The notes beneath the pieces were generated by a model. That model was not told the DNA's origin, did not search any database, and saw nothing but the letters and a program-made list of their open reading frames with translations. The position numbers and the translations under genes are program-made. Of a DNA stretch of 64,000 bases, positions 51,376-64,000 are shown piece by piece. Origin of the DNA: Mobula hypostoma (lineage: Eukaryota). The stretch covers positions 76,324,001-76,388,000 of the forward strand of contig NC_086097.1 in NCBI RefSeq assembly GCF_963921235.1. Direction: 5' to 3'. The number at the start of each line of letters is the position of its first letter. The first letter of the stretch is position 1.

Positions 51376-54300
51376 AGGAGCTGGCTGGATCTGGAGCAAC
51401 ATACTCCAGCTGGAGGAACTCAGGTTGAGTAACACCTGTGGAGGAAAAGGAATTGTCAAAATATTTGCTCAGAATCCTGCATCAGGATTGAGAGTGGAGA
51501 GGGAAGATAGCACATATTAAAAGGTCGGGTAGATGGTGTGACAAAGGTCTGTAGTTGACTGGTAGACTGAAGAGTGGTGAAATAGATGGGGGGGAGGAGG
51601 GGTAAAGTTGAGAGGTGGGTGATGAGGGGGGCAGAGACGAAAAAATTATCTTTGCTGACTGAGTTGCCCAAGTAGCTGGTTGACTCTTTGCTGCAGAAAG
51701 AAATGGAGATGCATAGATAATAGATATCCAGCATGATGATGAGGAAGAGGGGGCCAACAATTGTTCCTGTTTATCACCCTCCCCTCCACCCAGCTGGCTC
51801 TACCTACCTTATTTTCTGGTCTGCCTCAACTGATACAGGTTGCTAATCCCTTACTCCCCACCCCCACCCCACAATTGTTACTTGCCGTCCAGCAGTTGTT
51901 TGTTGTGCTAACAATTTTTTCCTTTCTCTGTGAAGACTGAGACAAAATACATACCATCAGTGCAACTTCTTTATTATGAATTACAATATGGATTCCTTGG
52001 GTTCCAAGTGATGTCATTGTCATTTAATTCTTGTGAATTTCAAAGATGTGGTAGAATGGAGCTACAATAACATTCAAGAGTGTTGATATCATTCACAATA
52101 AACAAGCCCACATGATTGGCATACTTGGAAATCTATCACTAGTCCTTCATAATTATTAGGTCCATTCCCTGGAACTCCCGACGCAATAGCACATTGGGAT
52201 TCTCTCACCAGAAGTAGTGTATGGAGGTAGCTCACCATTTTCGCAAAGGCAATTAGGGATGAGTAATAAATTCCAACCTCACTTGCAATGCCCAAATCCA
52301 GAAAAAAAAATCGAGGAAAAGAAATTCTTGCTCATGTTCCACCTAATACTACATTTTGTTATCTTTCTACTCCTTTTTGTACTTGTAGTTTTAATTTTCA
52401 CAATGCATGACTGTAATCACAGCAAAACCACTAATATTTGGGTGGAGAGCTTGAATTAGATTCTTAAAATTTGGAATCGATATAGTATTTTGTGCTTTGG
52501 GAAGACTGAGATGCATTTATTTAAAAATCTGGTCAGTACAAATTCAACTTTGATCCCTGCTAAAATTAAATTAGGTATTATATAATTAATAAGTTCTGAA
52601 CAAATTCATGGGTTTGTAAGTCACCTTCTTTGAATGAAATAATGCTTAGCAAAATTAAATCCATATTTCAAAGATGCTAGCCATAAGAATTCATAACCAA
52701 AACTTAGTGGTAACCGGGAACTGCTACTTTTTCTGGTATATACTTCAAAAGAATATACATCTTGACCCAAACTTTATCTGTACCTTTACTAATAAGGTCA
52801 GTCTTGTTTCACAGTAACCACAAATTCAAATAGTCACCTCTCAAAACTACACATATGCCTGCTGAACTTCAATACTTGGAGGTGGAATAAGTTCCAACAG
52901 GGATAATTGCAGTCTTTGACTGTATCTAATTTGTACAGCTTTCAATGACCTTCCAATTGACCTTATTCTGGGGCAAATACATAAGATGCCATAATCTCTA
53001 TACTTGGCTTGAGGCCAGGATTGTACAGTTATAATTTATTTAGCGAATAAGAGTTGTAATCATTGCAACAAGTTAGGCATTTTGTTTCAAATAGAAAGTT
53101 AAAATATCAATATAATAACTGTAGAATATCTGTGGTGGATCACTCTGTTTAAAGTTAACTCTTGAATTCTGGTAGAATCACAGATTGGAAACCAATAAAG
53201 CCAAAATTATTTTTGTAAACTAAGCTATTTAAAGTTGAAATTCTCCAGGTATTAAACATTATTGTTCTTGTTCAGAGAAGCATATTATCATTAAGGCTAA
53301 AAATTATTTCATTTGTTGTCATATGAATCTCTAACTGCTGTCAGATGCAAAACTCAACTATTAAAATATTGTAAGAATTAATAAGTTGTAAGAGGAAGAA
53401 TAAATAAATGCATCTTGTAACTAATCACTTAAAACTGAAACTTCGCAGATGAAAAACATTTAGCTCTGTTAAATTTCTGACTTAAATAATTTGCTCTTTT
53501 TAAGATACATAGTTTTTAAAAACTTATATATCCATGGACAGTATAACTCTGGAGAAATAAAACTGAAGAACAAATGTCAAGAATTATACTTCTTATGTAG
53601 TTTCCCATTCTATTCCACTTTCTGTTTTGATCATGGTTGATGTGAAATGCATTGAAGACTGGTTCATAATACTTTAAAATATGCATTATAAGGCTTTGTG
53701 TAAGATTCAAAAAGAAAATGCAGTGACATGTACAGCTTTTCTATTTTACATTGCTAAACTAACCTTAAAAGATTACCTCTTGAAAGAGCACCACTTGCTT
53801 TAGACTTTAAATAAAAACAGATGTTATTAATTACTTAAGGCTGTTTGAAAGAAAAAGAAAATCTATATTATTTCCTTTAATGCCTTTGATATGATAATCA
53901 TTCAGGTAAAGTACATGACTGAAAAAAGTAATTTTCATTTCTCAGTGATATTTGATTATTCCATATTTGCATTAGCACTTAATAAATAAAGCATTTACAA
54001 ATCCGGTTTTATTTTTCCACGTGGAAGCCTAAAAATGGGCAGAAAAATGATTTCCATAACTTAAATTCATACCACTTCCTGGAGATTCCTACAGGGATTC
54101 AAACAGCATCAAATGTCTAAATCCTGCTGCCTATTTCAAAAACCACATCAATACATATTTTTATCATTCCAATAATGGGCTGAAATTTGTGGGTAAATGA
54201 GAGCAGTACTGTGCCAGACTGCTGACAGGTACTAGGTAAATGCCTGTGAATTTGGTGCATGCTTATCTAAATGCTTAGGTCCTGAGCAGGCTGACATATT

Positions 54301-55154
54301 CCAGCTGGTGGTTCCATCAGTATGCTTGTCCACATGGAATCCCAAGGCGGAGCATGAAACTTCAAGTATTCCCCAATGGTTACATAGGAGAACCTGGTCA
54401 ATGATACTGTGCCAGGTCTAATCTGGCACAGAGTCCATCAGGCTATTCATTAAATTGGGGATTTTACAGAAGCTAGAAAGAAAATTACGATTTAAAAGTT
54501 TCATTGAAAGAAATACGAGTTTGCAAGTTTGCTTCTAATTTTCAGTAACCTGTACAAAAGTGTAAAAAAAATTAAAATGTTTGATTTGATTATTTATCTT
54601 TAGTAGTTTTTGGGAAAGTTTATGAATATGCTACAGGACATGCAATAGCATTCCAAAAGTTTGCCAGTTTTGCGAGACAGCTACATACAGGACATAGCTT
54701 TGTAATGGTTTTGTTGCCTGTCAAAGGTTTCTGCATCAGTTCATGGGTGGGTGTTGTTTGGGCCCACTAAACTGATTCAGTGATGATGCACGAGGTCCTG
54801 GTGACATGTAACATATTGCCAGTTTGGTTTGGGATGCTATCAATTAAGACATTTTGCTTTCCAGAAAATAATCAGGAAATTAAGTGGAAAGGAGAACTTC
54901 AAATGGCGAGTGTAGGTAGTGAATCACTACTTTAGCAAAAACTGAGCCACGTAGCTTCCTTCTTTCATGTATATGATTTTCTCATGTTTCCTTTCAGTTA
55001 GCACTTTCAGGAAAGAGTTATGAAAATTTAATTTAGGCATTTAAATACTGTGCCATAAAATAAGAAAGTGAAAAAGATAAACTGAATAACAGCACCCTAT
55101 ATTCCAGAAATTATTTGTAGTAGACCTAGCTGTCAAATGCATTCATATGGCATT

Positions 55155-55680
55155 CATTTTGTATTCTACTATAGCAAAAGCCTTAATCTTATTGGGATGC
55201 ATCACAGCTTGGTATGACAACTGTGTTGCATGAGACCAGAAGAAAGAGAGTTGTGGATATAGCACATCATGTAAACCAGTCTCCCCTGCATAGTTTCTGT
55301 CTACACTTCTTACTGTTCAGGTGAGGCAGCCAAAATAATCAAAAAACCCCACCCATCCCAAACATTCCCTCTTTGCACCCCCTTCCCCCTAACCCAATCA
55401 GGCAAAAGATTCAAAAGTCTAAAAGCACGTATCACCAGATACAAGGACAATTTCTATCCCATTGTTCTAAGATTATTGTACAGACCCCTAGTACAAAAAG
55501 ATAGATTCTTGACCTCAAAATCTACTTTGTTATGGCTGCCTGCACTGCACTTTCAGCATTCGGTTATTGTTTCCCCCTGTATTCCTGATGTGATGAAATG
55601 ATCATTTTGGATGGCATGCAAAACAAAGTTTTTCATTGTGCCTCAGTACATATGACAAAAATAAACCAATTTACCAAGAT
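55155..55680 (+). mobile_element. Rex1/Babar LINE 3' fragment, decayed
   Basis: ggatgcatcacagcttggtatg; tail tttcattgtgcctcagtacatatgacaaaaataaacc. Confidence 0.65.
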
Positions 55681-55786
55681 AGTTAACCTGAAATAGTGAA
55701 GAGTATAACAATATATAATATATACAAACATGTAGATTATAATAGAAAGTCTTACAAGTTCATCTGCTGATGTTGGGAAGCGTAAA

Positions 55787-56935
55787 TTCAGAATGAGGTT
55801 TATTAGCACTGACACATTGTGTAATTTTTTGTTTTGCAGCAGTAATACAAAGCAAGACATAAAAATTACTATAAGTTACAAAAATAAGTGTAATGGCTTC
55901 TTTGTAATGTTCACTGCTGAAGCAATGGTTTCTCTGTAGCAGCAATGTTTGGGTTATGGCTGGAGATAACAGGATTGTGGATGCATGTTAGCCAATCAGG
56001 ATTTTGTTGCCCTGTCTTGTGATTCCAGAAGCAGTTGATTTCATGGGCTTTTGCCAGAGGGAGAGAGAGAGAGATGAAGGGAGAAGACGCAAATGGAGAG
56101 ATTTGGTAGACCGCTGGACAGGGTGGACTCGGAGCAGGGTTCCGAAGGTCGGTGACGCTCAGAGGAGACAGATGGTGGAAGAAGGACTACTGAGTGAGCT
56201 CCAACTTTGTACACAGACTGTTTATTATTAAATCGTATGATTTGGGCCCTTTTTCTTTTATATTTTGTTTCTCTACTAACCATATAGTCAAAGTAAGAGT
56301 TATAAAGCTTAATCGTTTAATCACATATTGTATACTGCTTGTTATTTCAGGATACTGATTTGTAGCAGGGGACACATCGTGCAGCAACCACCCATACGAG
56401 ATTTCTTAAGTTTGGCTGGGCAGGGGGTTATCACCCCCTGTATTAAGCCGCTAGCCAAAGCGTGTGTTACATAGTAAATAGTGCAAAAGAGGAAGAGTCA
56501 GATAATGTTCATGGACCATTCAGGAATCTGAAGGCAGAAGAGAAGGAGCTGCTCCTAAGTCATTGTATGTGGTTTTCAGGCTCCTGTACCTTATCCCCAA
56601 TGGTAGTGATGAGAAACGGGCATATCACAGATGTCGAGAGTCCTTCTTGAGACATTGTCTCTTGAACATGTCCACGATGAAGGGGAGAGTCGCACCTGTG
56701 ATGGAGCCGGCTGAGTCCGCCACCCTTTGCAGCTCTTTCGACCTTGCACGTTGAAGCCTCCATACCTGACTATGATGCAGGTAGTCAGAATGCTCCCCAC
56801 CATGCATCTATAGAAATTCGTAACAGTCTTTGATAACAAACCAAATCTCTTCAAATTCCTAACATTAGAGCCACTAGTGTGTCTTTTTCTTGACTGCATC
56901 AATGTACTAAGCCCAAGACAGACCCTTTAAGATGT
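55787..56935 (-). mobile_element. Rex1/Babar LINE fragment interrupted by a solo LTR
   Basis: RNLKRFGLLSKTVTNFYRCMVGSILTTCIIVRYG; tail at 55787-55888. Confidence 0.75.
55889..56471. mobile_element. Solo LTR-like element (583 bp), same family as 39796-40399
   Basis: tgtaa...ttaca ends; homology to the 39.8 kb copy; splits a LINE. Confidence 0.7.
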
Positions 56936-58544
56936 AACAGCTATGCAGCCAAAGCATAAAACAGAAAGGTAACCCCAAAGGTAACCACAATGTTGCAACT
57001 TTGTCAACTGTTAACCCCAGTGTTACTCAGGAAGCTGGCAGTGTGTTGCCTTTCTATTTCATCCTTATTGCCTGAATAAGCAGAGAGATAAATGAGTCAT
57101 TGTAACTTGAATGTTGCTCATTTAGGCTATCTGCTGAACTTGTGAATGCACAGAGAAATGGTGTGTATTGTAACTAGTGTGTAAATTTGTAAACTTTGTC
57201 AAGGTGGGAATTTGATTACAGAAAGTGAAGCATCTTTTGCATCCATTATTTTAAGCAGTCACAGGAAGCCTGGACAAGTAAATACACCAATGTTTCTCCA
57301 GTGTTAAATCCTTTACGAATTTTAGCATTAAAAAACTCTTACAAAGACCAAAAGGTAAATATAAATAACACTGACTTAGAGATCTTAGAGCAGGTTGTGT
57401 GCTTTGAGTGCTATTTCTGGAGGTTTAAGGCATCAAGGCTGTCCAAGCAAACACATCTTCAATAACATTGGAACATTTAATCTCTCCAGCTCAGTCACTG
57501 ACCCACAAGGGAGAGGCATGGTGATTAGACTGTTATTTGCTCGACACTTCAATCACATTTCATAGAGAAGTCCAGGATCATATCACAGGAATGTGAAGAT
57601 CAGCTGAAATACATATTCACTGTGTGCAACACACTGCCCGACACAAAATGCTGACCACAGAATTCTGTTCAGACCAAAAGCAGATAGAGGGTAGTGTAAT
57701 AATGCTGAAAGGATGACCCAAATAAGATAAACATTGATGCCTCTAATAAAAGAGTGGAGAGTAGATGGTAATATAAAGTGGTTATGTTCCACTATCAGTT
57801 TAAGGAAGATTACATACTTTATGTACTTTACACCTCTACAGCACAGTAATATATTGGAAACATGTCTTTGGTTATTACCACAAGGAAGAAAAATATTAAG
57901 GTTACAAGAGGATACATAATGTAACAGTCTATAACACCTTTTGATGCGGCACACCACTTAATTAATGCTTGCTTAATTCTACTTGCTGAACCAGATCATA
58001 TAATGATCATTATAAAAGTTCGTTCACTATTGGGTTGTTGGAAACTCTGGTCTATTACTCATTAATGAATGTAATATTGCCTCTCTGCTTGTTAATTACA
58101 GTAACTATCCCAAACATGCCAGTCAAGGGGCACCTACATCTCAACAATGGAGGTTACGTCTGTTGCTCCAGGATTCATGCTAGGTTCCCAGGACTACAGC
58201 ACACGGGTGACTGGATTGGAGGGATGGGAATGCTACCATGAAACAGCCTACTGTGAAGCGCAATGGTGAAAGAGTCATCTAGATCTAGGGAATCTCAAAT
58301 ATTGGCAGAGAGGAGAATGGAGGAAGAAATACAAAAGATGGCAGTCTGTATCAAAGGACAGATAATGAATAAAAGCTCCATAAGCTGCAATCTTACACTT
58401 ATGAAATGGCAGAATGGGCAGCAACAGTTTTCTAACATTTTTTTGGTATTACAGATTCCAAGATGTCCTGTAAAAATTATATTTTTTTTGTCAAAAATAA
58501 ATGAGTGCCTCATCATGTTAACAAATTCCCTTTGCTCATTTTCT

Positions 58545-59935
58545 TAGTTCCTGGACACTGACGAAGTTCCAGAATATTGGAGGGTGGATAAAGTTGTTCC
58601 ATTGTTCAGGAATGGTAGCAAAGACAGGACAGGAAACTACAGGTCGGTGAACCTGACTTCAGTTGTAGAGAAGTTACAGGAGAGAACTTAAGAGACAGGA
58701 TCTACCATCACTTGGGTAGTCAGGGCCTGATCAGGAATAGTCAGCATGGTTTTGTGTGTAGGATGTCATGTCTGATGAATGATTCGAAGTTTTCTGAAGA
58801 TGTAACTGAGGCGAAGATGAAGGTAGGGCAGTGGATTTTGTCTCCATGGAATTTAGTAAGGGCTTTGACAAGATCCCACATGGCAGGCTGATCTAGAAGT
58901 TTATGTCATGACTCAGGGGGAGCTAGGGAGATGGGTTCAGACTTGCTCGATGCTACAAAGCAGAGGTTGATTGGTCAGTATTGGGACCTTTGGTTCAAAT
59001 GAAGGATCTCAGCCCAAAATGTCAACTGTTCATTCTTTTCTATAGATGCTGCCTGGCCTGCGGAGTTCCTCCAGCATTTTGTGTGTGTTGCTTCGATTCC
59101 AGCACCTGCAGATTTTCTCTTATTTGTGTTGGGACCTTATTCATTATTTATATAAATGATTTAGAAGATGGCTGAGGGATGGTAACTTAAATATGCATGA
59201 GGTAATGCATTTTGGACATTCAGACTAGGGAAGTTAAAGGTGGGGCACTGATGTGTGTTGTGGAACAAAGGGACCTGGGAGTACTAGTGTACAGTTCATT
59301 GAAAGTGACCAGGCAAGTAGACAGGGTGGTGAAAATGCATTTATCATGCTGGCCTTTATCAGTCAATGCATCAAATTTAGAAGGAGGGATATTACCTTGC
59401 AATTATATAAGTCATTGGTGAGGCCACACTCCAAGTATTGTGCACAGTTTTGGTCATCTTGTTAGAGAAGAGATCTTGTGAAGCTGGACTAGAGAGCTTG
59501 AGTTATAGGAAGAGGTTATCCGCTTTGGATCTTTATTGCCTGGAGTGCAGGAGAATGAGGGGTGACCTCACCAAAGTTTATAAACTCACAAAGGATATGG
59601 ATAAGGTGGACAGACATAGTCTTTTCCCCTAGGCTGAAAAATACAAAACTAGAGGGCACAGATAGAAGAGAAGAAGGGGGAGATTTAGGAGAACCTGGGA
59701 AGCAAGTTCTTTATACAGAAGGTAGTGAGCACATGGATTGAGCTACCAAAGGAAGTGGCTGAGGCAGGTACAACTGCAACACTTAAGAGGCATTTGGATA
59801 GGTACATTGAGGGAGGTGAATGATCTGGATGATTGTGGGCTGAACCCAGGTAACTGGGACAAGCAGGGAGGATGTTGTAATTAGTTTAGCCCAGATGGGC
59901 CAAAGAGCCTGCTTCCATACTGTATTCCTCTCTGT
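58545..59935 (+). mobile_element. CR1 LINE, decayed, with nested short element
   Basis: ggaaactacagg.cggtga.cctgac; cagcatggttttgtg; VEQRDLGVLVYSSLKV; LYKSLVRPHSKYCAQFWS. Confidence 0.85.
58991..59128 (+). mobile_element. Penelope-derived short element (138 bp) inserted in CR1 RT
   Basis: Decayed hammerhead (aaatgaaggatctcagcccaaaatgtcaactg) plus conserved body; perfect TSD ttgggacctt (58981-58990 / 59129-59138). Confidence 0.85.
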
Positions 59936-59939
59936 CACA

Positions 59940-60250
59940 GAAGCCCTTTTCCCAGGATTTCCCATGGCTACTATGAGAGGACATACTTTTAAAGTGATTG
60001 GAGGAAATTAGAGGATGATTTTCTACACATAAAATGGAAAGTGCATGCAGCGCACTACAGGGGGTGGTGGTAGAGACAGGAGCACTATAGACATTTAAGA
60101 GGCACAGGAATGAAAGAAAAACATTCTGAGGGAAGGGCATGTGGGTGGGAAGTATTAGGTTGATCTTGGAGCCCATTATATGGATGGCATAACATCATGG
60201 ACCACAGGGCCTGTACTGTGCTGTACTGTACTGATCTATGTCCTTTGTTC
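59940..60250 (+). mobile_element. CR1 3' fragment (second subfamily)
   Basis: gaggacatacttttaaagtgattggagg...gggcctgtactgtgctgtac. Confidence 0.7.
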
Positions 60251-61141
60251 TAACCCCTTTCGTTTCACTGGAGCTGTTGGTTTTTTTTATTCACAGTAAG
60301 ATTTTCAGTTCTAATTAAGAAGAATTTGAGCTAGGAACTATGAAGGTGCAAATATCTAGTGAAATATCAGGCACAAAAGTCAACAAAAACATAATGGATT
60401 GGAGGATTCTTGGGTATACAAAGATGAAGAAATTATGCTTTAAATATATGAAGACTTGAAATCAATTTGACATCAAATCAATGGCTCTGGACGAAACGGT
60501 AGGCAAATGTTGTTTGAAGACCTATTAGCCATGACCCAAACATAATCCAAAAGTATTGAGGGGCTTCATGGCCATGTTTCTCACTGTCCCTAAATAACCT
60601 CTGTATCTCTACTTTCAGGATAGGAAGTGATAAAGACTTAAAACAATAAAGCAAAATTAATAAAACTAATAATATACCAAAACATAAATTATAAACAATT
60701 CATAGCTCAATATGGACAAATCTATAAAAATTGTGGAATCATCTGAAGGAACAATAAATTTATAGTTGCATATTTATCTAAATAATATATTTTAATATGT
60801 ATCTCACTGCTTGACAAAAACACTTGGTTTAATTTATTATTGCTTAATTGAACTCATTATAAGCTAACAAAGTTGGTTAGATGGGCCTATAATTAATTTA
60901 AGAGTCGTTTAAATTTTCATCAAATCTAAAGCAATAGTTTCAATGCTGGAATATCTTAGTTTTTCACAATAAATTTTAATTTTGAAATGCAAGCAAAACT
61001 CACATTTAATTTCTCTACATCTTAACTTAAACTATTTTTAAAATCTTCCAATATGATAATGGCAAGACAACAACCATCTATTTACATTAATACAGCATTA
61101 ATCTGTTTTTAAAAATTATTTCCACATTCTCATCAGCTTCA

Positions 61142-61515
61142 CACACAAAATGCTGGAGAAACTCAGCAGGCCAGACAGCATCTACAGAAAAAAGTAAACA
61201 AACAATATTTTGGGCTGAGGCTCCTCATCAGGACAGGGTTTAATTCTGACCTTGGGTGTTGTCTGTGTGGAGTTTGCATGTTCTCCCTGTGACCATGTCC
61301 GCTGCCAAGATGCGCTGTCAACCATTTCCAGGCTTTTTCTGAGATATTGTAAGTTCTAGGGAAGAAGGAGGATTTGGGCCCTTATGAAGGGTCTTGGCCC
61401 GAAATGCCAACTGTTTACTCTTTTCCATAGATGCTGCCAGGCCTGCTGAGTTCCTCCAGCATTTTGTGTGTGTGGCTTGGAATTCCAGCATCTGCAGATT
61501 TTCTCATGTTTGTGG
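61142..61515. mobile_element. Compound insertion: two inverted hammerhead-type short elements enclosing captured sequence
   Basis: Minus copy 61142-61234, plus copy ~61376-61513; TSD ttctcatcagcttca / ttctcatcagtttca (14/15). Confidence 0.75.
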
Positions 61516-61530
61516 TTCTCATCAGTTTCA

Positions 61531-61720
61531 ACCACTTGGCTACACAAAAGGGAAAATTTAACTGGCTGATTAACTTAGTTACATCTTTAGGATGTAGAAG
61601 AACATGGACATAGGGAGGACATGTGAATTCCACACAGACAACACCCAAGGTCAGGATTAAATCCAGATCTCTGCTGCTGACATGCAGTGGCTTTGTCTGT
61701 TGAACAAATGTGCCACTGCA
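61531..61720 (-). mobile_element. V-SINE-like element, decayed
   Basis: tccacacagacaacacccaaggtcaggattaaatcc (rc of B-box region). Confidence 0.6.
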
Positions 61721-63569
61721 GTGCTTTTCAGATTATATTACTTTATACTTCATTCTGGGCTAGATCATCTCAGACCCCCAGTCAGCTGCCTGGTTGTGTT
61801 GTCCACAATCTCCATTCTCCTTCTGAGACATTGTAAGCTCTGGGCAACAAGCATGCCTCAGACAATATAATCACCATCCCCTGATCACTTTTGATGGTTC
61901 CATAGAAGTCAAATTCTTTTCTAATATTTTTTTAAATTTATCTAATAGTCAAGGACATTTCAGAACAACTTAAACAGGTGTAAGTAATTTTACAATGTAA
62001 AGAAAAAAAATTGAGAGCATATTATATCACTAATAAATAAGTTAAAAGTACACATTAGGATAAGGTAAAGCAAGCACTCACATATATTATCATAGCACCT
62101 ATCCCACAGGGTAGATATCCCACTCAAACAATTAGTTTGGGACTGGCTTGCAGCAATTGGAAGATCAAATGTATGGCATCCAACTTGCACATGATGCTTC
62201 TAACTTCTGCACATGCAAAAGTCAGAAGCATTATGAACTATAATCTGGCAGTTAATCAATAAGTGAAAGAGGCATCACACTCAGCCTTTCTGAACTTGAT
62301 ATTTCTGCCTTTTAAAACTAGAAACAGAAAGGTAAGTCTTGTATTACAAACCATAGAAGATTTTTAATAATATTTATGCAGTAATTGCTAATGATTGCCT
62401 ATTGCTTAGGCACAATTATTGATGTGGAGTCATATCCTTCCAGTATCAAATTTCCCAAAGGAATTTAAAAGAAAACATGTCACAAGTTTACTTTCTTACA
62501 TACCCATTCATTCTTTTAATCAGTCTTTTTTTCACTCTCTGCACCTGATTAGATATTGAATTTATCCCTTTAATTCACTCACTTTTCAATCTTTCCTTCA
62601 TTTACTTCCCAAACCTTAAATGGTTCTTAAACGACTTTGCACTGTTTACTCAGGCGCCAGATGTCTTGTTTCTCTCAATGCACTATCATCAATTTGCACT
62701 AGAAGTTATATAGATCAGGATTCCAGTCTGTTCAATGTTTTAGAAAGATGTGATATCATAATAAAACAACTTTAGCTAGCCATGTCTTTACATGCATCTC
62801 ATATAAATTTAAGTAGAATCAGCATGATTCAAAGTTTGCATCAATCTGATAACATAATTCAAATGCAATGAATAAAAGTAACCAGTGGGGTTTTTGGAAC
62901 TTGTTTATAGAGAGGCCACCATGATCGATCCAGTGAAGTTGGTGTGGGAGTGCACAGGCACCATGAGACTGGCAGAGATATGAATCACGTCCTTCGGAAA
63001 CTACACTATTCTATAAACTACAGAAGTACCAATGAAAGACGGCATCTAATCTTTGCTGAAATGTTAGTTAGCAGTCTGGATTGATCCCAAAATGCTGCAA
63101 GCAATGTAAACACATTTACATTACTGGTAATGTCTGTTATAAGTAAAATTAATTAGAAATTTTTAAAATGGAGAAAATAAAATTAAATGGCCTTACAAAG
63201 CTAATTATATTCTCAAAATTCCTCAATGTTTCAGTTCTATGACATAATATGGCACAAACTGATTTTTGCAAATGCTTTTGATCATATTTGGAAGAAGCCC
63301 ACACAAGAACATTATTCAAGTTTGCCAATTCATTCATTAACCTAAATTTGGTGAAACTATTTAGACTCTATTCTGTTAAATATGCAAGCTTACAGGAAAA
63401 AAAGACCTCCGCGTATAGGTCTCCTTAAATATCAATATGACTGTCTGTGTGGAGCCCCAGGAAATGGGTAAGACTTTTAATGGATATTTCTCATCGGATT
63501 TACTGCAGAGAAGATCATGGAAGCCAGAGTACTGATGAAATTGAGTTCTGATGTCTTAGACCATACAAG

Positions 63570-63890
63570 TTTGCAGATAATACCACTATGGTGAGCCAAA
63601 TCTCAAATAATGGTAAGTCAGAGTACAGGAGGGCCTGGTGTCATATCTACGACCCCCATCTTCCTCTCAATGTCAGCAAAACAAAAGAGCTGGACTTTGG
63701 GAAGGGGGTGGTGCATATGCTCCTGTTTACATAAACAGTGCTAACATTGAGTGTGTTGAGAGCTTCAAATTCCTTGGAATGAGCATCACCATTAGCTATC
63801 TTGATCAAACCACATCAATGCATGGCTAAGAAAAGTCACCAGCAGCTCAATTCCTCAAGAGGCTGAATAAATTTAGTATGTCCTTTTAGA
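63570..63890 (+). mobile_element. Rex1/Babar LINE fragment
   Basis: aagtttgcagataataccact (KFADNT); PVYINSANIECVESFKFLG. Confidence 0.7.
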
Positions 63891-64000
63891 TTCCCACCAA
63901 GTTTATAGTCTATTTATTAGTATAATTTTATGATCTACAAGCCATTACAATTTACATGTCCACCCTACATATGAATGACAGCGATGCCTCTCTTCCTGAT

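Noticed and set aside
1..64000. CRISPR arrays, operons or prokaryotic defence systems
   Set aside because: No regularly spaced repeat-spacer arrays or dense long ORFs; the sequence is vertebrate intron/exon DNA.

Overview
Eukaryotic (vertebrate) genomic DNA, AT-rich and CpG-depleted, not prokaryotic. The repeat content (HE1/V-type tRNA-SINEs, several CR1 subfamilies, Rex1/Babar, Penelope-like elements) suggests a cartilaginous fish, probably a ray (inference). The window lies inside a minus-strand formin gene that the ORF track misses. I found seven GT-AG exons by hand (46645-46732, 41237-41298, 18683-18771, 16562-16691, 15690-15836, 10734-10793, 8211-8331). They are phase-compatible and splice to 697 nt encoding 232 aa of the FH2 domain, closest to FMN1. 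The rest is intron filled with decayed transposons, including a ~5.6 kb multi-layer nest at 20.4-26.1 kb. The most interesting signal is a dispersed family of ~130-400 bp insertions carrying a minimal type I hammerhead ribozyme motif (agtc-CTGAYGA-A-GGGTC-tc-GGCCC-GAAA-CGTC-gact). One copy is still joined to a Penelope GIY-YIG ORF end. Several short copies have their own target-site duplications, often as head-to-head inverted pairs, and one has captured nearby genomic sequence. No single copy has a fully intact catalytic core. Hammerheads in Penelope-like elements are already known in general, so any novelty would be lineage- or mechanism-specific. Exon coordinates are base-exact by hand; most repeat boundaries are approximate.
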